A stretch of 64,000 bases of DNA from Bacteroidia bacterium (GTDB taxonomy: Bacteria > Bacteroidota > Bacteroidia > NS11-12g > UBA9320), in contig CBDCFW010000004.1 of assembly GCA_965216465.1 (NCBI GenBank), positions 160,001 to 224,000 of the forward strand, given 5' to 3'. Shown one piece after another: positions 1-9,731 of this stretch. The notes under the pieces are model-generated. The model was not told the DNA's origin. It did no database searches and saw nothing but the letters and a program-made list of their open reading frames with translations. The position numbers and the translations under genes were made by a program. Every line of letters begins with the position of its first letter. Position 1 is the first letter of the stretch.

Positions 1-2666
1 GTAGGGTCAGTGTAACCGTAAGTTACATAAGTTCTTACATTGGTTGCAGGAGCATTGATTAAACCACAAGCACTATCAGTAAAGAAGGTGTTAGCGTTAA
101 CCAGGAATGGGAATTCCCAACAAGACCATGAACCACCTGTAGGACTGTTAATGTCGAAGTTCATTGAAATCGGACCGTAGTCACAACATACTTGTTTATC
201 ACCTTTGATATCTATTACAGGCAGAGGATTTACCGTTACCAGAATGGAATCGGCATCGTAACATTCTACTCCTCCTTCAGTCACATACAAGTCGAGTTGA
301 TACTCTGTTGTGGTTTGAGCTGGGAAGTCGTAATTCGAATTCGTGCCCAGCAGCAATCTCGGCAGCGAGGTTATATCGTACCATCGATAGAGTCCACTCT
401 TACCATTGCCCATGGTATCTAGACCACCAGCAGCCAGTCGTACCGTGTCATCGAAACAATGAATTTGATCTGGGCCAGCATCGGCAGTTACAGTATCGTT
501 AACAAATAGGAATAAAGTATCAGTATCGAAACAGCCAAGGCTATCATAAACTTTCAATACATATTCACCACGCACATTAATAGTTACACTATCATCGTAG
601 CTGAATGGAGTTGCAGCTCCATTTAGGTACCACTCTTTCCAAAGTGTATCACCTTGTCTTAACGTATCACCTACAATTGGATCAACCCAGTACGCAGTGT
701 CTAAGTTTGGAATGATAAGAATACTATCGTATGTACATAATCTTGGATCAGGAGGAAGCACAGCTTTAGGATTAGCTTTCAAGAATACTTGAATAGTATC
801 TTCAGAAGTACATCCTGATTGATCGGTAATGATAACACTAATCGCGGTATCAACTTGAACAGCTGGCACTTGTAACTCATAGTGGTCAAGTGTATCTCCA
901 AAGTTTGTAGTAATATTCATTTGGAAATCACCATCATCAGTTACACCCATCGTACTCCATTGGTAGCGTACAGGAGGTGTAGCATTGTACACATAAGGCT
1001 CCAAGCGAAGCGTTGTTCCAGCACAAATAAACGTGTCAGGACCTAATGATAGGTTTGCTTCAAGTAAAGGTGGAACTACCAAGGTATCTAAGTAGATGGT
1101 TGGACAGTTCTGAGGTGCATTATTAATCGTATGCTTGATAATATAGGTTCCTCCTCTTCTAAATAAGATGGTATCTTGTTTTTGATAACTCAAGAATGTT
1201 GCTGTAGACCTAAACTTAGCGATCTTAGGGTTGAACATAATGTTCGAGTTACTATCTAAAATTTCCCATCTATAGGAAGGAGTTCCTCTGAAACCTGTGA
1301 TTGGTAAACTTTCGAAAGCGTACTCACCACATGGTAAAGTATCAATATCTCTTTCTGCTTCAGCTCTATGCTTAACTGTTACTCTGAACGAACGTACAGA
1401 TACAGCATTAAGCGGACAAGCATTATCTCTAGCAGTTACAGTAAATGTATAAGGAAGATCTTTAGCGTGCTGAGGACCAGGAGTCCAGCAGAATCTACCT
1501 GTTTGGTTAATTGCAGTAGGGTTAATTACTGTAAACGTAGCACCAGGGATACCTCTGTTCCAGCTAACTTTAACTGAATCAGGTGGTGGTGCAGAAGCTG
1601 GTGGAGGTGGTAAGAATACCGGGTCACTAGTCGTTACGTTGAAACATAATTGTGTTCCGGCACAAGTACTATAGGCATAAGGCCCATGCACTATTGGCGG
1701 GTTATTGTCTGGACACGTTTTGGATATAAACTGCATATCACGTCTCGTGACCCCTATCAGTTGATAGGTTCCCGTTGAATCTTTTCGCCACTCATTTACT
1801 TGAATTACCGCAACCGTTACCTCGTTACAGTCAGTTGGAGTGAAAATAATATCACCAGTTTCAGGATCTAAGTAGATTCCGATTGGTGGAGTGTTATTCA
1901 CGTTAACAAATGGTGGAGTTAATGAACCTGGATAGAAAGCAGCAAATGGATGGTTGTATGCATGCCATTGTCCGTTGTATCCAATATTAGTACCTGAAGC
2001 ACTTAATGGGTTTGCCCATTCGTATGATAATGAATCAAAATCTGAAGTATCAGATGCACCATTGTTAAAGAAGAATGGTTGGTTACAGCAAAGAATTGCG
2101 ATAGGCTCTGATGTTAGTGAAGGAGAACTATTACAAGGAGCTTTACACAAGTTAATCTCAGCATAGGTGTAGAAGTTAGCATTCGCAGCACCTGTGGTGA
2201 TGTTACTGTTTCTACAACACTGACCTGTTTCAAAGATGATCTTACAACAATTTCGCATTCCAAAGTATGCACTGTTGGAATCACCAAAATCAATCGTAGT
2301 TGTATACGTGTGTTGCTCGATACCTTCTCCTGTACCCCAAGTATTTGAAGGTACACATTCTCCAGAAGCGGTAGCACATACTGGCGTAATCTCTTTGATA
2401 TTATCAAGCGATAAGGTAACACCAGCAGAACCTCCAGTAGCACACTTCACACGTGTAATACTTGACGGGTTACCAAATGAGACCCCCTTACACCATCTGT
2501 AGTATTTTACTACCACTTGGAACTTCAAGGAGTCAATACATTTGTAAGTAATATCCGCACCCATTACGTGAGTTGCTTTCGCCTCATTGGAAGTAAGCAT
2601 AAAAGGCAAAATGAATAATAGAGCTAAAAAGCTCTTTTTCAAATGTTTAAGTATAGTTCTTCTCAT
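1..2666 (-). CDS. Large secreted Cys-rich surface protein (probable T9SS cargo, PKD/Ig-like repeats); 3' end beyond the window edge
   Basis: Absent from the ORF track, consistent with no in-window stop. Hand translation from ATG at 2666 gives MRRTILKHLKKSFLALLFILPFMLTSNEAKATHVMGADITYKC..., a signal peptide followed by the 'ATH..G.DITY' N-terminus typical of large Bacteroidota surface proteins. I translated about the first half with no stop. Confidence 0.85.
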   Translation of the reverse strand, partial: MRRTILKHLKKSFLALLFILPFMLTSNEAKATHVMGADITYKCIDSLKFQVVVKYYRWCKGVSFGNPSSITRVKCATGGSAGVTLSLDNIKEITPVCATASGECVPSNTWGTGEGIEQHTYTTTIDFGDSNSAYFGMRNCCKIIFETGQCCRNSNITTGAANANFYTYAEINLCKAPCNSSPSLTSEPIAILCCNQPFFFNNGASDTSDFDSLSYEWANPLSASGTNIGYNGQWHAYNHPFAAFYPGSLTPPFVNVNNTPPIGIYLDPETGDIIFTPTDCNEVTVAVIQVNEWRKDSTGTYQLIGVTRRDMQFISKTCPDNNPPIVHGPYAYSTCAGTQLCFNVTTSDPVFLPPPPASAPPPDSVKVSWNRGIPGATFTVINPTAINQTGRFCWTPGPQHAKDLPYTFTVTARDNACPLNAVSVRSFRVTVKHRAEAERDIDTLPCGEYAFESLPITGFRGTPSYRWEILDSNSNIMFNPKIAKFRSTATFLSYQKQDTILFRRGGTYIIKHTINNAPQNCPTIYLDTLVVPPLLEANLSLGPDTFICAGTTLRLEPYVYNATPPVRYQWSTMGVTDDGDFQMNITTNFGDTLDHYELQVPAVQVDTAISVIITDQSGCTSEDTIQVFLKANPKAVLPPDPRLCTYDSILIIPNLDTAYWVDPIVGDTLRQGDTLWKEWYLNGAATPFSYDDSVTINVRGEYVLKVYDSLGCFDTDTLFLFVNDTVTADAGPDQIHCFDDTVRLAAGGLDTMGNGKSGLYRWYDITSLPRLLLGTNSNYDFPAQTTTEYQLDLYVTEGGVECYDADSILVTVNPLPVIDIKGDKQVCCDYGPISMNFDINSPTGGSWSCWEFPFLVNANTFFTDSACGLINAPATNVRTYVTYGYTDP

Positions 2667-2736
2667 ATAGAGTGATTTTTGTAAAATTAACGCGCTAAGG
2701 TAAGCATTTCGGGGTAGTAATCCTATCATATTTTGA

Positions 2737-4242
2737 TCATTTATGGTGTGAAACATTGATTAACTTTCGAACACTATGTAAATTGTTCTTCACTTCTAGC
2801 ATATAGATACCTGGAGTGAGGTTTATGTTGCACCGGTAGGTGCGAATTCCTTTGTTTTCAAATTCGTGCATTGTAACACCTTGAAAATCAGTAATTTTAA
2901 TTTGCGAGTTTAAAGGTAAATTTTCAAGCGTGAAGCTCCCATTGGTAGGGTTTGGGTACACATTTACCGACATGCTACCGAAGTCATCAAATTTCGTTGC
3001 TGACGTTTGTCGAAAAAGACGCTGATCTTGCAAACCTCGATCTCTAATTTCTTGCTTAATATCGTTGCCGCTTTTAACTCCTGCAGCAAGGCAAATTTCG
3101 AGTTTAATGTATTCTCCTTTTTGCAACGGTCGACCATCAATAACGCCCAAAATATTACGAATACCAGGGGTGTTTGATACCGATTCTTCTGTCCAATTAA
3201 GTTGTTGATTGCTAGGGCTTTGGTTGTAAATAAACGAGGTCGATTCTCCACTTCCTTTACCGTCGTCTCCGTAGTTTAAAGAGTCTCCATTTTTCCATCT
3301 GCTGTTCATGAAATTTACGTAGTGCTGGTTCTCCGTAGGGCCATCACTGCCAAATGCGATGCTGCTGCTTAAGTTTTCGTTAAGAAATGTTGCAGAAACA
3401 TAAGGGATTTCACTTCCAAAATAGCCTTCGTCATTCAAATCTCCATTATAAAGCACTGTGGCAGGAGGGAAGTCTGAAAAAGTGGCTGCAAAGTTGTCAA
3501 AAGGATTTCCACATTGTCCTCCCATAAAGAATCCAACCTTGACATCTTTGTAATCAACAGGTCGCCTTGAAACAATATAATATTCCAAGAATATACTATT
3601 AGATCCTTCAATGGTGTACGCCATTAGATGTACTTCAATACCTACTTCAACTCCGAATGATGCAGTGTGTTCGTCGGCCAAGTCATTAAAAATACAATAC
3701 CATGCATTTTCTCCCTTGATATAGGGGTAATCTCCATTTTCCGGATCGTACTTGCTGTTAAAATTAGCGTCAATGAACGGAGCTAAATAGCTTATGAAGC
3801 CATTCGTACCAGGAACTGGCCAATCATTAATCTCATCAGGAACAAGATAATCAGGCTTGTCAAAATCTTGTTGATGTTGTAAAATTTGGTCTTTGCTTAT
3901 TTGCCAAACTTTGTCCCACTCATTGATGTTACCCGTTTGCCCAGTTAATGTGTCAACCGGTCCTGGCCAATAGTCCATTGAATCAAGAGCCTTAAAGTGC
4001 TGTATTGAAGTATAGAAGTTGTTATCGTAGTCTTCTGCAACAACCCAAATTCCAGCCTGATTCAAGAAATGATTTGCTGTTGAGCTTGCATTAAAAGCAG
4101 GGTTAAGTGTTTCTAAATCAACCGCTAAACTTCCGTTTGAGTTTATTCTTAGCGACTGATTTTCACCTATAGTTTGGAAACTAGTCTGTCCTATCCCTAG
4201 AAAAGGGAGAAGTAATAAGGTTAATGTATGTAATCGTTTCAA
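2737..4242 (-). CDS. T9SS type A sorting domain-containing protein, function unknown
   Basis: C-terminal VYPNPTNGSFT...GIYMLEV...RKLIN is a T9SS CTD. The likely start is TTG at 4242 (MKRLHTLTLLLLPFLGIG, signal peptide), 2 nt after the upstream stop, rather than 4284. Confidence 0.85.
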   Translation of the reverse strand: MKRLHTLTLLLLPFLGIGQTSFQTIGENQSLRINSNGSLAVDLETLNPAFNASSTANHFLNQAGIWVVAEDYDNNFYTSIQHFKALDSMDYWPGPVDTLTGQTGNINEWDKVWQISKDQILQHQQDFDKPDYLVPDEINDWPVPGTNGFISYLAPFIDANFNSKYDPENGDYPYIKGENAWYCIFNDLADEHTASFGVEVGIEVHLMAYTIEGSNSIFLEYYIVSRRPVDYKDVKVGFFMGGQCGNPFDNFAATFSDFPPATVLYNGDLNDEGYFGSEIPYVSATFLNENLSSSIAFGSDGPTENQHYVNFMNSRWKNGDSLNYGDDGKGSGESTSFIYNQSPSNQQLNWTEESVSNTPGIRNILGVIDGRPLQKGEYIKLEICLAAGVKSGNDIKQEIRDRGLQDQRLFRQTSATKFDDFGSMSVNVYPNPTNGSFTLENLPLNSQIKITDFQGVTMHEFENKGIRTYRCNINLTPGIYMLEVKNNLHSVRKLINVSHHK

Positions 4243-4243
4243 A

Positions 4244-5650
4244 CTATAATCGCACGCGTAAGCCAAGCTGGCTAAATACGCCAAAATCTTTTTGTTTTAT
4301 TCCAGGAAGATCCAGCCCATTTTGTAGTGCCAAACTTCCTTGAGGATAGAGCATAATCATTACTTTATCATTCACAGTATAACCTGCTCCAACTCCAAAA
4401 CTAATTCTTGAAATTCCATTTTGATAAGATAGGCTTTCAGCAGCAACTGTTTGCAACTGGTCGTTTATTGACATGCCCGTAACATTCTGGTGTATAGTGA
4501 ATTGAACTCCAGCTTTAGAGAGTACTGTCCATCTTGAACCGAAATAAAATGCTCTTTCTAATTCAAGTGGAATTTGCACAGAGTTGTATTTGTTAGTAGC
4601 ACTTACCGCAGCACCTTGTACCCAAGATGTGTCGTAATAAGTTACATCTACCATTTGCTTGATTTCACCAAGCACTGGATGAATGATTACTCTTTCTTCT
4701 TGCTCTATGCGCTCGTTGATATGCATTTCAGATTCAAAAGAATTGAACTGCTCGGTACGTTGCATAAAATTAATTCCCGATTGAAGGCTCCATTTTGGGC
4801 TCAATTGGTAAGCAATTCTCGCATCAACCATTGAAGATAACCTTGCTTGGTCTGCTTCATTTCTTAATTCTGTATAATTCTGTGGCCCTTCAATTATTCT
4901 ATAGGCATATCCAATTCCTCCTGAAAGTTCAAATCTCCAAGGACTAATCTTGGTCGTGTTATTTTCCGAATTGTTTTGTGCGTTTTGATCTGCTGTATCT
5001 GGAGTTTCAGCCTCCTCCGCAAATACAAAGTGCTCTGGTGTCTCTGCTTTATCCTCTTCTATTACAGGCTTAGATTCTATTACATTGGCGACCTCGTCTC
5101 TTCGGTTAACATCTAAAGATCTATCGCGTACGTGCAGTTTTGCTTTATTAGGGTCAACCTCTTTGTTTTCTTCCATGATTTCAGCAAATCGTTGTGCCAA
5201 ACGCTCATCTACAACAATATCTTGTATTGGTGAAGTAGTTTGTTCTGGAGGCGTAACGTCACCAGGATAAGATCCATAAGTGCTTTGATCACGAAGTGGA
5301 AGTGCTGGCGTAGGATCTAGAGTTGGAACAGGCGAAGTTACAGGTTCTAGTTGAGTATCTATCTCTTCTTGAACAATAGCAGATTCAACTTCGTGAGACT
5401 CCTGAGGAACTTCAGGGGTAACTTCTTCTATTTCAGGTGCGTCGATTACTGCTGGAGAATCGGATGAATTATTCAATCCCCAAAATGCAACAAGTACACC
5501 TAATAAAGCAACCGATGCGGCTGTCCACCACCATACGGCAACTTTCTTTTTCTTGCGTTTAGCTTGAATAGCATCGAACAGCCCTCCAGAAGGCTGAACT
5601 TCAAAGGCTTCAAGCTTCGCTTTTAATATGTCCTCTAATTCTTTACTCAT
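4244..5650 (-). CDS. Putative dual-membrane-spanning anti-sigma factor (N-terminal anti-sigma-like helix, TM, disordered linker, C-terminal OM beta-barrel)
   Basis: N-terminus LEDILKAKLEAFEVQPS..LFDAI, basic KRKKKK then TM (VAVWWW...FWGL), about 170 aa Pro/Glu-rich linker, then amphipathic strands ending GVFSQLGLRVRL. Overlaps the ECF sigma stop by 4 nt. Confidence 0.75.
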   Translation of the reverse strand: MSKELEDILKAKLEAFEVQPSGGLFDAIQAKRKKKKVAVWWWTAASVALLGVLVAFWGLNNSSDSPAVIDAPEIEEVTPEVPQESHEVESAIVQEEIDTQLEPVTSPVPTLDPTPALPLRDQSTYGSYPGDVTPPEQTTSPIQDIVVDERLAQRFAEIMEENKEVDPNKAKLHVRDRSLDVNRRDEVANVIESKPVIEEDKAETPEHFVFAEEAETPDTADQNAQNNSENNTTKISPWRFELSGGIGYAYRIIEGPQNYTELRNEADQARLSSMVDARIAYQLSPKWSLQSGINFMQRTEQFNSFESEMHINERIEQEERVIIHPVLGEIKQMVDVTYYDTSWVQGAAVSATNKYNSVQIPLELERAFYFGSRWTVLSKAGVQFTIHQNVTGMSINDQLQTVAAESLSYQNGISRISFGVGAGYTVNDKVMIMLYPQGSLALQNGLDLPGIKQKDFGVFSQLGLRVRL

Positions 5651-6216
5651 CGTGTAATTCCGTATTTATTAAGTAGTTTTATCAAATGTTGTTTTGCTCT
5701 ACTATATTGAGTACGTGAAGTAACTTCAGATATATTGAGCATTTCACCTATTTCTTTATGACTATAACCTTCGATAGCGTACATGTTGAAAACAGTTCGA
5801 TATCCTTCAGGTAGTTTAGTCAGAATAGCCAATAAGTTCTTTGTTTCCATATTGCTAATAGCTTTTGCATCGAATGCTTGTTCTTGGGTAGACTCTAAAT
5901 CTCCGGGTTCAAATTTTTTCACCCTTTTGTCGTTGCTCTTTAATGCTGTAAAAACAACAATCTTTCGAATCCAGCCCTCAAAAGAACCACGCTTCTGGAA
6001 AGTGCTTATTTTATCAAATATTTTGATAAACGCATCTTGAAGCACATCTTCCGCTTCCATCTTGCTATTGCAATATCTTAAACTTACTCCCATCATTTTT
6101 GGAGCAAACCTCTCATACAACATCCTTTGACAGTGCACATCATTCCGAATACATCCTTCAATGATTTCATCCTCGCTCAATGGTTGATTAGTTGTACTGT
6201 TGGTTAATTTGTTCAA
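5647..6216 (-). CDS. ECF RNA polymerase sigma factor
   Basis: AEDVLQDAFIKIF and FEGWIRKI (region 2); LPEGYRTVFNMYAIEGYSHKEIGEML (region 4). Confidence 0.95.
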   Translation of the reverse strand: MNKLTNSTTNQPLSEDEIIEGCIRNDVHCQRMLYERFAPKMMGVSLRYCNSKMEAEDVLQDAFIKIFDKISTFQKRGSFEGWIRKIVVFTALKSNDKRVKKFEPGDLESTQEQAFDAKAISNMETKNLLAILTKLPEGYRTVFNMYAIEGYSHKEIGEMLNISEVTSRTQYSRAKQHLIKLLNKYGITR

Positions 6217-6220
6217 GTGG

Positions 6221-6249
6221 AAGACCTTTGGTATTACAAATATGTTGCA
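6221..6249 (-). promoter_or_regulatory. Candidate ECF-type autoregulatory promoter (TGCAAC-N17-GGTCTT)
   Basis: Minus strand reads tgcaac atatttgtaataccaaa ggtctt ccac TTG, an AAC...GTC arrangement typical of ECF promoters, ending a few nt before the sigma start codon. Confidence 0.5.
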
Positions 6250-6345
6250 TACTTAAGTAAAAAAAATGAATTTCATTGAATCTCTTCATTATAAACAATT
6301 TAATATCAATTGATTACATCCACTAAAAAATCATAATATTTGCAC

Positions 6346-7425
6346 ATGCATCGGTTTTCAAAGTCTGAATTAGAGAATATTGCTACCCAGGTGTTTTTAG
6401 CCATGGGTGTTCCTGAAGCAGATGCTTCAATCGCAAGTGATGTTCTGGTAAATGCCGATGTTAGAGGTATAGACAGTCATGGTGTATCTCGTCTTGTAGG
6501 ATATGTGGCTCTGTGGGAAGCGGGGCGTATAAATCCTAAAGCTAATATTCAAATTGTTCGCGAGAATAAATCTACTTTTACAATTGATGGCGATCAGGGT
6601 CTAGGTTTGGTTGTAGCCCCAAAGTCAATGCAGATTGCCATCGAAAGAGCTAAAGAGTTTGGCACGGGAATGGGGGCAATACAAAATTCAAATCATTTTG
6701 GTATTGCAGGATATCATGCTATGATGGCATTGCCTCATGACATGATTGGAATGGCAATGACTAACGCTACCCCATTTATTCCACCAACACATAGCAAGCA
6801 AGCAATGCTAGGTACAAATCCTATTGCGTATGCCTTTCCTTCGGATAAAAATTTACCTGTGGTTATCGACTTAGCTACTGCAGCGGTTGCCAGAGGCAAA
6901 ATTGAAATTGCAAGACGTGAAGAAAAAGAGATTCCACTTGGATGGATGGTCGATAAAGAGGGTAATCCGAGTCAAAATGTTGATGAACTTAAAGATGGAG
7001 GTATGCTAACACCTTTAGGCTCGCTAGAAGAACTAAGCAGTCATAAAGGGTATGCACTCGGGAGTTTAGTCGATATTTTAACCGGGGTCTTGTCAGGAGC
7101 CAATTATGGCAAATGGGTTCCTCCTTTTGTTCCTTTCTTAGCTTTACAGCCCAATATGCCTGGCAAAGGCCTAGGGCACTTTGTTGGAGCAATGGAAATA
7201 GATGGGTTTAGGGATAAAGCTGAATTCAAATCTGAAATGGATCGATGGATAGATTCATTTAAATCAGCTGAAAGAATTGACCCTGAACAAGAAGTATTTG
7301 TTCCCGGTGAAAAAGAATACCGTATTGAAGCCAAACGCTCTAAAGATGGAATTCCACTTAATCCTAAAGTATTGAGCGACCTTGAAGGTCTTGACAAGAA
7401 ATTTGGATTGAACATACTTGGCTAA
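6346..7425 (+). CDS. Ldh_2 family (malate/L-lactate/ureidoglycolate-type) oxidoreductase
   Basis: Motifs GIDSHG, SNHFG, GTNP, DLAT and HKGYAL. ATG at 6346 preferred to TTG at 6340. Confidence 0.9.
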   Translation: MHRFSKSELENIATQVFLAMGVPEADASIASDVLVNADVRGIDSHGVSRLVGYVALWEAGRINPKANIQIVRENKSTFTIDGDQGLGLVVAPKSMQIAIERAKEFGTGMGAIQNSNHFGIAGYHAMMALPHDMIGMAMTNATPFIPPTHSKQAMLGTNPIAYAFPSDKNLPVVIDLATAAVARGKIEIARREEKEIPLGWMVDKEGNPSQNVDELKDGGMLTPLGSLEELSSHKGYALGSLVDILTGVLSGANYGKWVPPFVPFLALQPNMPGKGLGHFVGAMEIDGFRDKAEFKSEMDRWIDSFKSAERIDPEQEVFVPGEKEYRIEAKRSKDGIPLNPKVLSDLEGLDKKFGLNILG

Positions 7426-7500
7426 GCCATAATTTATTGTGACATAAGTCGCTTCCGATTGTAGCAAACTTTCTTAAATTCGCTACCTCAATTAATTTAC

Positions 7501-9552
7501 ATGAAAAAATTATTTTTACTCTTATTCGTATTGCCCGCATTTTTTGCATGCAACGAAAAACCAAAAGATGACCACAACGACTCAGTTGAAGTAGTTGAGC
7601 AAAATCCCAACCGGTTTGCCGACCTAAAAATTTTGTCTTACGATGCTTCTGGAATAAATTCTTTAAGCAAACAACAAAAAGAACTGGTGTACTATCTTTC
7701 GCAAGCCGCACTAAGTGGCAGAGAGATTATTTATGCTCAAAACTATAAACACAATATTCAAATTAAAAGAAGTCTAGAAGAGATTTACACCAAATATGAC
7801 GGTGATAAATCAACCGAAGACTGGGCTGCATTTGAAGTGTACTTAAAAAGAATTTGGTTTGCCAATGGAATTCACCATCACTATGCTGAAAAGAAATTCG
7901 ATCCTGGATTTTCTGCAGAATATTTCGATGAATTAGTTAGCAACACTGCAGATGCAAACTGGCCTACAATGGAAGGACAGTCAAGTGAAGAAATGATGGC
8001 AGTTCTCAAGCCGGTAATGTTCGATCCAAGCATCGATGCTAAGAAAGTTGTGAAGGATAAAGGTGTAGATAAAGTTTTAGTATCTGCTAATAATTACTAC
8101 GCCGAAGGTGTAGGAGAGGAAGAAGCAGTTGCCCATTATAAAGCAATGATGCAAGAAGGAGATACTACTCCAGTTGAATACGGTTTAAACTCAAGATTGG
8201 TAAGACAGGATGGCCAACTAACTGATTTGGTTTATAAATCAGGAGGGCTTTACGGTAAAGCAATGGATCAAATGATCTATTGGTTAGAACGAGCTCAAGG
8301 CGTTGCTGAAAATGAGGCACAAGCTGAACACATCGGAATGCTAATTGAATACTTTAGAACAGGTGATCTTACCCAGTGGGATAACACGAATATTAAATGG
8401 GTAAACAGTACAGAAGGCGATATTGATTTCATTCTAGGTTTTATTGAAGTATATGGCGACGCAATTGGCTACAAAGGAGCATTTGAAGGAGTGATACAAG
8501 TGAACGACCTTGAAGCTTCTGAAAGAATGCAAGTTTTAAGTGAAAATGCGCAATACTTTGAAGATAACAGTTCAATTATGGATGAGCACAAAAAAGCCAA
8601 TGTTGTGGGTGTTAGTTACCGAGTGATTAATGCGGCTATGGAGGCTGGAGATGCTGCTCCTTCAACACCAATTGGAATTAATCTACCAAATAGTAACTGG
8701 ATTAGAAGTACACACGGTTCGAAGTCTATTAGCCTAGGTAATATTGTTGAAGCTTATAATTCTTCCAGCGGAGGAAGCACAGTCGGAGAATTTTATCTTT
8801 CTGAAGAGAGCCAAGCTCGTATAAAAGAGCACGGTAAATTAGCTAGTAAGATGCACACGGCAATGCACGAAGTAATTGGTCATGCTAGTGGTGTTATTAA
8901 TGAAGGAATTGGAACTCCAAAAGAAACCTTGAAAAATTATAGCAATACACTTGAAGAAGCTCGTGCCGATCTTGTCGCACTTTATTATATCTACGATGAA
9001 AAGCTTGTTGAGCTAGGACTGATGCCAAGTGTTGAAGTTGGAATGGCAGAATACGACAGCTACATTGCTAACGGTATGATGCTTCAACTTAGAAGATTGG
9101 ATGAAGGTGAAAACATCGAAGAAGACCATATGAGAAACAGACAACTGAATGCTTCATGGGCATATGAGCGTGGTCTTGAAGATAATGTGATTGAAAAGAA
9201 GGTTGTAGATGGCAAGACCTATTTTGTAGTTAATGATTATGCAAAACTTCGTGAAATTTTTGGAGAGCTTTTGAGAGAGATCCAACGTATAAAATCAGAA
9301 GGAGATTATCAGGCAGCTGAAGCTCTAGTTGAAGGCTACGGTGTTAAAGTAGATGCAGACATCCATAAAGAAGTGCTAGAAAGATTCGAAAGCTTAAATC
9401 TTGCTCCTTATAGCGGATTTGTTCAACCTAAACTTGTGGCAGAATTTGATGACGAAGGAAACTTCGTAGATCTAACCGTAAGCGAAGAAGGTTACGTAGA
9501 ACAAATGCTTCGATTTGCACAAGAATATGCCTTTATCGAACCAGGCGAATAA
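7501..9552 (+). CDS. Dipeptidyl-peptidase III (peptidase M49), lipoprotein
   Basis: HEVIGH zinc motif, EEARAD, GINLPN; lipobox FFAC. Confidence 0.93.
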   Translation: MKKLFLLLFVLPAFFACNEKPKDDHNDSVEVVEQNPNRFADLKILSYDASGINSLSKQQKELVYYLSQAALSGREIIYAQNYKHNIQIKRSLEEIYTKYDGDKSTEDWAAFEVYLKRIWFANGIHHHYAEKKFDPGFSAEYFDELVSNTADANWPTMEGQSSEEMMAVLKPVMFDPSIDAKKVVKDKGVDKVLVSANNYYAEGVGEEEAVAHYKAMMQEGDTTPVEYGLNSRLVRQDGQLTDLVYKSGGLYGKAMDQMIYWLERAQGVAENEAQAEHIGMLIEYFRTGDLTQWDNTNIKWVNSTEGDIDFILGFIEVYGDAIGYKGAFEGVIQVNDLEASERMQVLSENAQYFEDNSSIMDEHKKANVVGVSYRVINAAMEAGDAAPSTPIGINLPNSNWIRSTHGSKSISLGNIVEAYNSSSGGSTVGEFYLSEESQARIKEHGKLASKMHTAMHEVIGHASGVINEGIGTPKETLKNYSNTLEEARADLVALYYIYDEKLVELGLMPSVEVGMAEYDSYIANGMMLQLRRLDEGENIEEDHMRNRQLNASWAYERGLEDNVIEKKVVDGKTYFVVNDYAKLREIFGELLREIQRIKSEGDYQAAEALVEGYGVKVDADIHKEVLERFESLNLAPYSGFVQPKLVAEFDDEGNFVDLTVSEEGYVEQMLRFAQEYAFIEPGE

Positions 9553-9561
9553 GAATTAAAT

Positions 9562-9590
9562 GGGGTAGTATTTGCTACCCCTTTTTTTTT
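9562..9590 (+). terminator. Intrinsic terminator
   Basis: GGGGTAG-tatttg-CTACCCC followed by T9. Confidence 0.85.
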
Positions 9591-9731
9591 ATGAAAAATA
9601 AAACAACCAAGATTATCATTCTCTTGCTGTTCCTGACAATCTTTATAGGTTCAGCGGTTTGGATGTACAACAAATATGTTGTTGCCAACAGTCCATACAA
9701 CAAGGATGTTAAACTCCGAGGAATGGATTAA
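9591..9731 (+). CDS. Small single-pass membrane protein (46 aa), not in the ORF track
   Basis: MKNKTTKIIILLLFLTIFIGSAVWMYNKYVVANSPYNKDVKLRGMD*: basic N-terminus and a hydrophobic helix. Its stop overlaps the ung start (TAATG). Confidence 0.7.
   Translation: MKNKTTKIIILLLFLTIFIGSAVWMYNKYVVANSPYNKDVKLRGMD

Noticed and set aside
192-2502. Six short ORFs in the track
   Set aside because: They are shadows of the long minus-strand CDS 1..2666 and carry no recognisable motifs.
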